From Salmonella phage SWJM-02, in sequence record OQ594353.1: a DNA stretch of 24,000 nucleotides; one strand, 5' to 3'. Positions 8,341 to 15,947 of the stretch are shown piece after piece; position 1 is the stretch's first letter; each line of letters starts with the position of its first letter. The notes beneath the pieces are model-generated. The model was given only the letters and a program-made list of their open reading frames with translations. It was not told the origin of the DNA and ran no database searches. The translations under genes and the position numbers were made by a program.

Positions 8341-8669
8341 GACTCACCTCTCATGTTCTTGTAAAGAATAAAGCTTCTGTCATGGACGATACTTGTAGAT
8401 ACTGCAAAGTTACTTTCAAGCATCTGTTTGTTTGGATTGTAGAAGCTTTCTTTAAACTCGTCAAGTGCAAATTGGTGATTGTCTGGAAGACCTTTTACAT
8501 AGACCTTTACAGTAATTGCTGCTGCAACCTTGCCAGTCAGTTCTTCTTTAGCTGCTACTAAGATTTTGTTGAGGAACTTATGACCATTTTTAGGCTTCTT
8601 GATGTTCTCCCAACGTTCTTCTAAGACAATATTGATGTTCATTTCTTTGATTTTCATAATTTTCACCAA
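8322..8669 (-). CDS. Hypothetical protein
   Basis: 115-aa ORF in the same-strand array. Confidence 0.6.
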   Translation of the reverse strand: MVKIMKIKEMNINIVLEERWENIKKPKNGHKFLNKILVAAKEELTGKVAAAITVKVYVKGLPDNHQFALDEFKESFYNPNKQMLESNFAVSTSIVHDRSFILYKNMRGESCKHIG

Positions 8670-9007
8670 GTCCAGTTAACGAGTATACCATCAAAACCTT
8701 TTGCTAAAGGTACACCCTCATGCTCATAAAATTCAGGATTAACTTCGAATCCACGATTTTCAATATACTCTATCATGTATTTCATTACAAAGCTAATCTC
8801 TTCGTAGTCATCTGGGTCTCTGCCAAAGAACTGCTCTATGACAAACATACCTTCTTTTGTAGCAAATTGGCAGTGGTGATTGTAGATACCTTCACAAAAC
8901 TTTTCAAACTTTTCTTTACCGAGAACTTCAAGGATGTCTGTATAGGTAACTTGTAAGTATTTCGGTTGCACAGGTTTCTTGTTAAACCATATGGAAAGGT
9001 TGTCCAT
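8663..9007 (-). CDS. Hypothetical protein
   Basis: 114-aa ORF; RBS TGGAG upstream. Confidence 0.65.
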   Translation of the reverse strand: MDNLSIWFNKKPVQPKYLQVTYTDILEVLGKEKFEKFCEGIYNHHCQFATKEGMFVIEQFFGRDPDDYEEISFVMKYMIEYIENRGFEVNPEFYEHEGVPLAKGFDGILVNWTW

Positions 9008-9027
9008 AGCATTCTCCAGAAATTAAA

Positions 9028-9052
9028 AAGGCTCCCGTAGGATCCTCTTATC
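9028..9052 (-). terminator. Imperfect rho-independent terminator after the NAMPT-like gene
   Basis: Minus strand AGGATCC-TACG-GGAGCCTTTTT (one internal mismatch), just downstream of the stop at 9061. Coordinates approximate. Confidence 0.6.
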
Positions 9053-9060
9053 ATATACTT

Positions 9061-10842
9061 TTAAAGTTGCTTGTCAATATTATTTCGAATATCACCAAGA
9101 GATGTGTAACCGAACTGCTCAGAGTCACTAAAGACTAAACGTAAAGCACAAGCTGGATGTTCAAGCACATCTGCAAAGCTCTGGAATCCATAGCCATCTA
9201 CAGCTTTCAGCTTATCACCATCCCACATAGGTGCTACACCACCAAAAGCAGACTTCTTAACACCACTGTCTGTTTTAGGGTCTTTTGCAAGCATAATCTC
9301 TTTACCGCCAATGCTTGCAAGAGTTGCTTTGACAGCAAATGCAAAGGTGTCACGAGTCATATACTGGTAAGTGTAAGAACCTACACCAAACACTACGTTA
9401 GAGCTTGCAAAACCCATTTCATACAAACGCTTCAGGATTTCGTTTGCACGTTCCAACGTGATAGAGTCACCATAGATGAGTCCAATGTGCTCATCCAGTA
9501 CTTTAAAACCTTTAGAGTTGATAGTCCCTCCAAAGATGTTATACAAGGTCTTAATAGACCCGTCAATCTCTGCTACAGGACGTGTGACAACATTTGCAGA
9601 ACCAACCATATAAGCATTTTTCAACAGCACTGTATCAGCAACTTCAAAGTCTTCTCTGTCAACAACCATTTCGTAGCCTTCTGACAGTAGCCATCCAGCA
9701 ATACCATAGTTGATGTTTTCAAGCTTCATGTTCAGAACAGCATTCAACATTGTGTCACTGGCTTCCAGCTTGCTTAGGTGTTCGTAATAAGCCTTTTTAG
9801 CACACTCTAAGTGAATTGCTTTATAACCTGTGACAATATGCACAGGGTCTCCAGAGTCAGGACGAATTACCAGCTTGCCATCACGTTCCATAATCTCTTT
9901 ACGGAGTTCTGGCAGTATCACTGATACAGTTCTCCAGAAATTATAAGTGTCTGAAACAACACTGACAATACCAGTTGGGTAAGTTTCTGTTAAGAAGCGA
10001 CGGAAGGTTTGTAACTCACCTTTGAAGCGTCTTTCTTCTTCAATCAACTCATTACCACCTTCCCAAGCAATGTTTGCACACATTACAGAGTGTTCAGTGG
10101 CGGGTACAGCGCTACCAATATCAGAGATTGGGTAGGACTGACCGTAGATGCGTTTAGCTGTATATACAGCAGGGAAGCTATCAGTCCCTTTAAAGCTGGT
10201 TAAGTGGCCTACAGCGTTAAATGCGTCATCAGTAAAGCCGGACATACCACGCATAGCAAAGTCATGGCACTGATAAGGTAAATGTAAGTCATTGTCACAA
10301 GTAAGGTCAGCCCACTTCTTACAGATACGTTTGTAGTGCAATGCAATAGTTGCAATGGTACAAGCCTTCCAAATCTCAGCAGAGAAAGCATCTTCCAGAT
10401 ACCCCGCTACCCAATGGAAACCTGAAACAGTGTTCTGGAAGACAATCATTGGCACACGCATAGGTACAACTGTGCCTTCTTCTACAGCGTATACTTCAAC
10501 TGGTAGATAACCCAAATCATGAAGTGCCTCCCAATGCTCTCGACCAATAGCATCTTTACCTAAAACACCGTTCATGACTTCTAAGATTTCGTCAATTGCT
10601 TCTTTTTTGTCACGTTCAAAGAATGTGGCATTCCAGTGGTCTATCAAGTAATCTTTAACAAAACGTTGAATACCAAAAGTAACTACACCATCAATTGCTA
10701 AAGGGCTGTTAAACCATTTGTCGCTACGTGGTGTCAGGTTCAGCATAAGATACTGTGTAGCATCTGGATACTGATATATGTGTGATGATTTGTAAGCATC
10801 TGCGTTTAAACCTGCTGGTACTGCATAAAGTGATTTAGTCAT
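9061..10842 (-). CDS. Nicotinamide phosphoribosyltransferase (NAMPT)-like enzyme; candidate NAMPT or NARP1 Namat
   Basis: 593 aa; GYLPVEVYAVEEGTVVP, QCHDFAMRGMSG, GHLTSFKGTDSFPAV, VPATEHSV (catalytic His), VSVVSDTYNFW, LVIRPDSGDP, VVFGVGSYTYQYMTRD align collinearly with the NAMPT family. Confidence 0.92.
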   Translation of the reverse strand: MTKSLYAVPAGLNADAYKSSHIYQYPDATQYLMLNLTPRSDKWFNSPLAIDGVVTFGIQRFVKDYLIDHWNATFFERDKKEAIDEILEVMNGVLGKDAIGREHWEALHDLGYLPVEVYAVEEGTVVPMRVPMIVFQNTVSGFHWVAGYLEDAFSAEIWKACTIATIALHYKRICKKWADLTCDNDLHLPYQCHDFAMRGMSGFTDDAFNAVGHLTSFKGTDSFPAVYTAKRIYGQSYPISDIGSAVPATEHSVMCANIAWEGGNELIEEERRFKGELQTFRRFLTETYPTGIVSVVSDTYNFWRTVSVILPELRKEIMERDGKLVIRPDSGDPVHIVTGYKAIHLECAKKAYYEHLSKLEASDTMLNAVLNMKLENINYGIAGWLLSEGYEMVVDREDFEVADTVLLKNAYMVGSANVVTRPVAEIDGSIKTLYNIFGGTINSKGFKVLDEHIGLIYGDSITLERANEILKRLYEMGFASSNVVFGVGSYTYQYMTRDTFAFAVKATLASIGGKEIMLAKDPKTDSGVKKSAFGGVAPMWDGDKLKAVDGYGFQSFADVLEHPACALRLVFSDSEQFGYTSLGDIRNNIDKQL

Positions 10843-10862
10843 CTTTTAATCTCTCTCAAAAT

Positions 10863-10878
10863 GGGGCTTCGAAGCCCC
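10863..10878. promoter_or_regulatory. Perfect stem-loop between Prs-like and NAMPT-like genes
   Basis: GGGGCTTCGAAGCCCC; followed on the minus strand by ATTTT, so it may be a weak terminator or processing hairpin. Confidence 0.6.
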
Positions 10879-10887
10879 TATAAAGTT

Positions 10888-11769
10888 TCAATCAAGGTTT
10901 GCTACAGTAACTTGACCATAATGTGTTAAACCACGGTCTTTAGCTTCCCCTAAAGAGTTTGTAGTGTAGATGTGGTCAATACCATTGTCAAGAAGGTTTT
11001 CAACACCTTTAGAGAAGATACCATGTGTTACATAGAGTTCCACACGTTTTGCACCTGCTTCACGAAGATGTTTAGCTGCTTCTATGAAGGTTCGCCCTCC
11101 ATCACAAATATCATCCAGAATCATGACGGTTTTATCTGTCAAATCAACATCATCAAGGATTCGCATACCGGTGATTTCTCCAGTTTTAAGATTGCGCACC
11201 TTAGACATTGTGATATATGGTTTATCCACCTCTTTAGCAGTCTCTGCAATCTTCTTAGAAGCACCTGCATCTGGGGCTACTAAGTAATCAACCAGTGGGT
11301 CATTTGCATAGCGGACTGCAATTTCATTTTGAGGAATACTTTGGAAGCAGTTAAACAGGTTATCTGGCACATAACTGTGAGGGTCAACTGCACAGACCGC
11401 ACCAAACCCCATTGCATTAACCTGTTTAGCAAAAACCTTCAAAGCTGCTGCATCACCTTTAAACATGTGACGGTCATATCGTGCATTTGGTAAGTAGTAA
11501 AAAATGACAGTCTTTAAGGCATATTCATGAGGAACTAAATCATCAATTGCTTCTTTAGCAAGTGCCACAGCAAACAATGTGTCTTTATCATAACCTTTTA
11601 CAATCATAACCACATTGTTGATGGATGATGCTGCATAAGCAGTAAAATCAACAAGCTCTTGTGAAAAGTGTCCACCAATCTCACCAGAAGGGAATTGGAT
11701 GATGTTAAACTCTTCCTCATGAGTCCCTTTAGTTGGTGAATGAACTATAACACGGATAGATGTTTTCAT
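10888..11769 (-). CDS. Ribose-phosphate pyrophosphokinase (Prs)-like enzyme; candidate PRPP synthetase or ADPR-PP synthetase (Adps)
   Basis: LPNARYDRHM (cf. FGYARQDR), CAVDPHSYVPDNLF, VAPDAGASKKIAE, MSKVRNL, and PRPP loop VMILDDICDGGRTF. Preferred start MKTSIRV at 11769. Confidence 0.9.
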   Translation of the reverse strand: MKTSIRVIVHSPTKGTHEEEFNIIQFPSGEIGGHFSQELVDFTAYAASSINNVVMIVKGYDKDTLFAVALAKEAIDDLVPHEYALKTVIFYYLPNARYDRHMFKGDAAALKVFAKQVNAMGFGAVCAVDPHSYVPDNLFNCFQSIPQNEIAVRYANDPLVDYLVAPDAGASKKIAETAKEVDKPYITMSKVRNLKTGEITGMRILDDVDLTDKTVMILDDICDGGRTFIEAAKHLREAGAKRVELYVTHGIFSKGVENLLDNGIDHIYTTNSLGEAKDRGLTHYGQVTVANLD

Positions 11770-11780
11770 AGTTTTTTCTC

Positions 11781-12059
11781 TCAATCAAAAGTTACGTTTG
11801 TTACTGCCATCGCAGATTTGCATTTTGCAGGGTCTACAACGTGATAAAGTACACTACAGTTACCTGTGCTGTCTGGTACAGGTTTAACCCATTGATGCTT
11901 TACAGTTGGCTCTCCCAAGTCTTTGTAAGAACCATCTGTAAAATTATTTACCATCTCAAGTGCAATTGGTTCTGGAACATGACCTCGTATCATGTACATC
12001 TCACAACCGTTACCACCTTCACTCACTAATGGTAAAATTTCCCACTTCTCTTTAGCCAT
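11781..12059 (-). CDS. Hypothetical protein
   Basis: 92 aa from MAKEKWEIL; the ORF-track start at 12086 is also possible. Confidence 0.55.
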   Translation of the reverse strand: MAKEKWEILPLVSEGGNGCEMYMIRGHVPEPIALEMVNNFTDGSYKDLGEPTVKHQWVKPVPDSTGNCSVLYHVVDPAKCKSAMAVTNVTFD

Positions 12060-12567
12060 TGTAAGTTGCCCTATAAACTGTCTCAAACTTCAACAGGAGA
12101 GATATTGCCAAATCTGTATAGTTGTTGTCAAGCACATCTGGCATATTATTTTTGATATATTTCTCTTGCTCTTCATAGGTCATCTTAGGAGTACTTAGAA
12201 GGTTATCTCCTTGCTTCTGGTTATCAGCTTTAGTTTGGATAAACCAGTTTGCACAGTGATGTTCACCACCTTTTGTAACAGGCTTGTGGTGACCTAGTGT
12301 AAATGTTTGCTTGCCTGTATACATGCAAAGATTGTTAAGTGTTGCAATAGTGTTCTTCACAACACACCATTCATACAGGTTATCTATTGTGTAGTGTGGG
12401 TAATAACGGACAAGTGCTCTTTCACGGAAGTTATCACGATTCCAGAGAATCATGTGATTTGAGTTAGAAGGGTCATATTGGTGGGAGTCAATGAACTCTT
12501 GACGTTCCTCAAAGCTGAGTCTTAGAACTGACATTGCAACCGAACGTTTCAGGTTTGACAGATACAT
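12052..12567 (-). CDS. Free-standing HNH-type endonuclease-like protein
   Basis: CMYTGKQTFTLGHHKPVTKGGEHHCANWFIQTKADNQKQGD matches the HNH core pattern. Confidence 0.65.
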   Translation of the reverse strand: MYLSNLKRSVAMSVLRLSFEERQEFIDSHQYDPSNSNHMILWNRDNFRERALVRYYPHYTIDNLYEWCVVKNTIATLNNLCMYTGKQTFTLGHHKPVTKGGEHHCANWFIQTKADNQKQGDNLLSTPKMTYEEQEKYIKNNMPDVLDNNYTDLAISLLLKFETVYRATYNG

Positions 12568-12581
12568 ATTATCTCCAAAAT

Positions 12582-12609
12582 AAAAAAGGGAACCTTTACA
12601 GTTCCCTTA
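12582..12609 (-). terminator. Rho-independent terminator
   Basis: Minus strand AAGGGAAC-TGTAAAG-GTTCCCTTTTTT. Confidence 0.85.
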
Positions 12610-12619
12610 TAGTATCTGT

Positions 12620-12940
12620 TTACTGAGCTACTTTCAAGATGCTTGTGAATGAAATCTCACTCTCATCCATAAACTCTTTTGCTTCTCCAGTAACTTTTAC
12701 AAAGTTATCTAGGCAGATAATCTTCTTATCTTTCTTGCTGTAGGTTAGCTTAACCTTTTCAATATCTTTCTTAGATCTTTTCTCTTCATTGAAGAGTTTT
12801 ACAGCCTCTTTGAATGGTAGATATGAGCCGTCATTATCACTGATGAACCCTGTACCACAATAGTAGTAGTTATATTCTTTAGCCATAAACTGGCACAGTA
12901 CGAAAATCTGTAATTTACGAGTGTTATAAACTTTGCTCAT
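12620..12940 (-). CDS. Hypothetical protein
   Basis: 106-aa ORF followed by a terminator. Confidence 0.65.
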   Translation of the reverse strand: MSKVYNTRKLQIFVLCQFMAKEYNYYYCGTGFISDNDGSYLPFKEAVKLFNEEKRSKKDIEKVKLTYSKKDKKIICLDNFVKVTGEAKEFMDESEISFTSILKVAQ

Positions 12941-12942
12941 GA

Positions 12943-13209
12943 TTATTTAGCCTTCTTGCTATGTTTACGGTTACGAGCTTTTTTAGCTGCACGTTTAATT
13001 GCTGCTGCACCAGTTGGTCGATGTGCTTGTTTCTTACCACCTTTGCCACGGCCTACGTAGATGTAAGGCTGCTGTTCAATTTGGCTTGCAAGAACCTGTG
13101 CAACTGCTGAAGCATCTACACCAACTTGCTTTCCAGTCATAGAAATGATTGCTGCTGCTTTTGCCAGTGCCTTCAAGAAGCCAGCTTTCATATTACCTAA
13201 AATTCCCAT
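12943..13209 (-). CDS. Small strongly basic protein
   Basis: 88 aa; Ala-rich N-terminal half, Lys/Arg-rich tail GRGKGGKKQAHRPTGAAAIKRAAKKARNRKHSKKAK. Confidence 0.6.
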   Translation of the reverse strand: MGILGNMKAGFLKALAKAAAIISMTGKQVGVDASAVAQVLASQIEQQPYIYVGRGKGGKKQAHRPTGAAAIKRAAKKARNRKHSKKAK

Positions 13210-13224
13210 TTTTAGTCTCTCTCA

Positions 13225-13947
13225 TTAAAGTTTAATACAGAACTTATGAAGCTCTTCTTCAGTGATACCTATCGGAGTGATACCTTCTCTGATATTTTGA
13301 ATCCTGTAGTAGTCTCCAAACTTATCTGATTCATGAATGACAAACGTGACATTCTTTACAATCGTTGCAAGAGCACATAATGAACGTGAACCAAATTTTT
13401 CTCTCGTATAAATCATCCAAGCATCTAACTTGTTGATGTCGTAAGTCCACTTACCAGAATAATCATTCTGCTCGCCATTGACAATCGCCTTGCCACCATA
13501 CTCTTTTCTCCAGAGGTTTTGGTTATCAGAACCACGATATGGTTTAACTGTTGGTTTAGAAGAATCATACTTACCATCAATCACCACGTCAACATATTTC
13601 ATCACATCTAAGTGGATTTTTTCGTGTAACTGAAAACCTGTCCAAAGCCATATAGACTTTTCTGGATAAACAGTTTTAATACGCTTGCATATGTTGGTGA
13701 CCTCTTGAATGTTTCTATCATCCAGAGGCTCCCCACCAAGTATTGATAGCCCACTGATGGCCTTATCATCCATTAACTTAATGATGCCGTAGAGGTTTGC
13801 ATAAGTAAACTCTTTACCAGCATTAAACTTCCAAGACTCCCTGTTAAAGCAGCCTTCACAGTGATGTTTGCAGCCAGCTACGAAGAGGCTCACACGAACC
13901 CCTTCACCATTAGCTGTGTCAAATGGTCGAATCTCCATGTAATTCAT
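13225..13947 (-). CDS. nrdG: Anaerobic ribonucleotide reductase activating protein (radical SAM) with C-terminal extension
   Basis: SLFVAGCKHHCEGCFNRESWKF (CX3CX2C), LSILGGEPL; 240 aa, longer than typical NrdG. Confidence 0.88.
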   Translation of the reverse strand: MNYMEIRPFDTANGEGVRVSLFVAGCKHHCEGCFNRESWKFNAGKEFTYANLYGIIKLMDDKAISGLSILGGEPLDDRNIQEVTNICKRIKTVYPEKSIWLWTGFQLHEKIHLDVMKYVDVVIDGKYDSSKPTVKPYRGSDNQNLWRKEYGGKAIVNGEQNDYSGKWTYDINKLDAWMIYTREKFGSRSLCALATIVKNVTFVIHESDKFGDYYRIQNIREGITPIGITEEELHKFCIKL

Positions 13948-13956
13948 CTAGTTACC

Positions 13957-14256
13957 TCACCAATACATATAAGTGCTCTGAGCAGCTTTCTTTGGAGACT
14001 TGCTGTCAATGTCAAAATCTTCATCTAAGAAGGATGTCTTAGAAAGCTGCCTTATTTGTGTTCTTGTAAGACGTTTAGTAGCCTTCTTAATCTCTTTGCA
14101 AGGCTGACTTGTAGAGTCATAAGAGCCACCTTTTCTGGACATCATATCAGAATGGAAGTAGACATCTGAAGCATTTTCTCTGTTACGTACCTCATTTCTC
14201 CACTCATAGAGTCCATGAACGTTCTTTAAACCTTTTCTTCGAATTGTTTTACTCAT
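13957..14256 (-). CDS. Hypothetical protein
   Basis: 99-aa ORF immediately upstream of nrdG. Confidence 0.55.
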   Translation of the reverse strand: MSKTIRRKGLKNVHGLYEWRNEVRNRENASDVYFHSDMMSRKGGSYDSTSQPCKEIKKATKRLTRTQIRQLSKTSFLDEDFDIDSKSPKKAAQSTYMYW

Positions 14257-14648
14257 TCAAACACCACCTCACAAGGAACCTGTTTAGTAATAAACTCTTC
14301 ACAGTGTTCTTTAATAAAGTTTTGTAATGGCACACAGTCTTGTGCACACGTCATTAGCATAATGTACTCTGGATTCATAATATTTTCAAGACTGTAGAAG
14401 ACAGCATCATTAGATAATTCATGACCGTCTTCTTCAGACCAAGTTCCAGTGACTACAGCTAGTTTATCAAGTAACTCATTAGGCAACGCTACACCGTCTT
14501 CTACGGAATCACTTAGAACATTGTCACTAATGTACAATGTGAAGACTGTATGGAATGTTGAGTATTTTACGTGATTCTTTTCGCAAGAGCCACACTCTGA
14601 GGCGTAGTCTTTAACCCACTCTAACTGTTTTTGGTTCAACTTAATCAT
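14253..14648 (-). CDS. Hypothetical protein
   Basis: 131-aa ORF, 4-nt style overlaps with both neighbours. Confidence 0.6.
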   Translation of the reverse strand: MIKLNQKQLEWVKDYASECGSCEKNHVKYSTFHTVFTLYISDNVLSDSVEDGVALPNELLDKLAVVTGTWSEEDGHELSNDAVFYSLENIMNPEYIMLMTCAQDCVPLQNFIKEHCEEFITKQVPCEVVFE

Positions 14649-14845
14649 AATTTCACCCTAGTTGGTAATGCACTGAATGCTATAGCTAACCCTAAAAATG
14701 GTTTGAAGCATGACCATAAATCCATCTGACCATGATATGCGAAACTCCATTGTGGGTCTGAAAAACCCCATACCATAACACTAACTCCAAAGAAGAAGAT
14801 TAGAATGTGGAGTATGTATATCAACGTTTTTGATATTTTAAACAT
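14645..14845 (-). CDS. Small membrane protein
   Basis: 66 aa; hydrophobic segments LIYILHILIFFFGVSVMVWGF and FLGLAIAFSAL. Confidence 0.55.
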   Translation of the reverse strand: MFKISKTLIYILHILIFFFGVSVMVWGFSDPQWSFAYHGQMDLWSCFKPFLGLAIAFSALPTRVKL

Positions 14846-14946
14846 TTTAACTTGCCTCTTAACTCACAGTAAGAAATTCCTAAAAAGAACCCTAGTAAAA
14901 CAGAACCTATGAACAACCCAATAATATTATCTGCCATGTCTAACAT
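14821..14946 (-). CDS. Possible 41-aa membrane peptide
   Basis: My translation MLDMADNIIGLFIGSVLLGFFLGISYCELRGKLKCLKYQKR*; one TM. Weak RBS. Confidence 0.35.
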   Translation of the reverse strand: MLDMADNIIGLFIGSVLLGFFLGISYCELRGKLKCLKYQKR

Positions 14947-14951
14947 CCAAT

Positions 14952-14991
14952 AAAAAAGGTGATGTAAGCCTATCAAGACCCACACCACCTT
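14952..14991 (-). terminator. Rho-independent terminator downstream of nrdD
   Basis: Minus strand AAGGTGGTGT...ACATCACCTTTTTT stem (one wobble) right after the stop at 15000. Confidence 0.75.
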
Positions 14992-14999
14992 GTCAAGTT

Positions 15000-15947
15000 T
15001 TACATAGAAACCCTATCCTTAATTTCTGCCATCTTAGCGTCATTCATTCGAGACTGACCTTTAATTTTTGTGAATGACAAGTACCCACACACTCTGTTAA
15101 TCACAGAGATATCATGTGAATGGCAAACCTCACATTCTTCAACATCAGTCTTTGGCCTGTTACCACAATGTTCACAGATTGCTAAGTCAAAGTTAAGTCC
15201 CTGATAAAAACCCTTCAACATCCCTCTTGTAATACAACTTTTAAGTGCTGGTAAGTTTTCTGGGTTAGCTACCCTCACATACTGGATTCTGCCGCCTCTA
15301 CAGATATGGAAGAATGGCTCTTCTAAGTCCTGCTTCTCAAATGGTGAGATATCTGCTGCAACATTCATATGGAAACTGTTTGTAAAATATTCCTTGTCAG
15401 AGACACCTTTAATAACGCCAAACATATCCCTGAACTGTTTTAACTGAGTTCCACATAATGACTCTGCTGGAGTGCCATATACCGCATACAAGAAGCCATC
15501 TTCATTCTTAAACTCTTCAGTTTTCATGTTAATGTATGCCAGAACATCGTATGCAAAACTACAGCTTCCAACTTCATGAAGTCGTTTACCCTCAGCAAGA
15601 ACAGACAGCTCATCAAGAGCAGTAACCCCAAAAGAAGCTGTGAAGGACTTCACGATATCCCAACCAACCTTGTCAGTAGGTTTCTTAGTCCCTTTGTACA
15701 GACCACCTTGTGTGAATGCAAGAGGGTTAGAACTTGCTGGCATATTAGCAATCATTTCGTAGCGTTTTTTGTGGAAGCTGCGAATCATCTCTAGGTACTT
15801 ATCAAGCTCTTTCCAGAAATCTAAACCATTCTCTTTAGAATACTGGTAAATCATCGGTAAGTTCAAAGATACAGCACCAATGTTGGCACGACCTACATAA
15901 AATTCTTCACCATCTTCGTTATGATATGGTGATAAAAACGCTCTACA
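15000..15947 (-). CDS. nrdD: Anaerobic ribonucleoside-triphosphate reductase NrdD, exon 2
   Basis: Reads CRAFLSPYHNEDGEEFYVGRANIGAVSLNLPMIYQ...; C-terminal CEHCG/CEVC zinc site and glycyl-radical motif RVCGYL. The ORF track starts at an internal Met (15866). Confidence 0.9.
   Translation of the reverse strand, partial: CRAFLSPYHNEDGEEFYVGRANIGAVSLNLPMIYQYSKENGLDFWKELDKYLEMIRSFHKKRYEMIANMPASSNPLAFTQGGLYKGTKKPTDKVGWDIVKSFTASFGVTALDELSVLAEGKRLHEVGSCSFAYDVLAYINMKTEEFKNEDGFLYAVYGTPAESLCGTQLKQFRDMFGVIKGVSDKEYFTNSFHMNVAADISPFEKQDLEEPFFHICRGGRIQYVRVANPENLPALKSCITRGMLKGFYQGLNFDLAICEHCGNRPKTDVEECEVCHSHDISVINRVCGYLSFTKIKGQSRMNDAKMAEIKDRVSM

Noticed and set aside
9157-9684. 175-aa plus-strand ORF
   Set aside because: Lies fully antisense to the strongly conserved NAMPT-like gene; Cys/His/Phe-rich composition typical of reverse-strand noise.
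9061-10842. Nicotinate phosphoribosyltransferase (PncB) instead of NAMPT
   Set aside because: The QCHDFAMRG segment retains the Asp of the NAMPT HDFGYRG motif, and overall motif order follows NAMPT.
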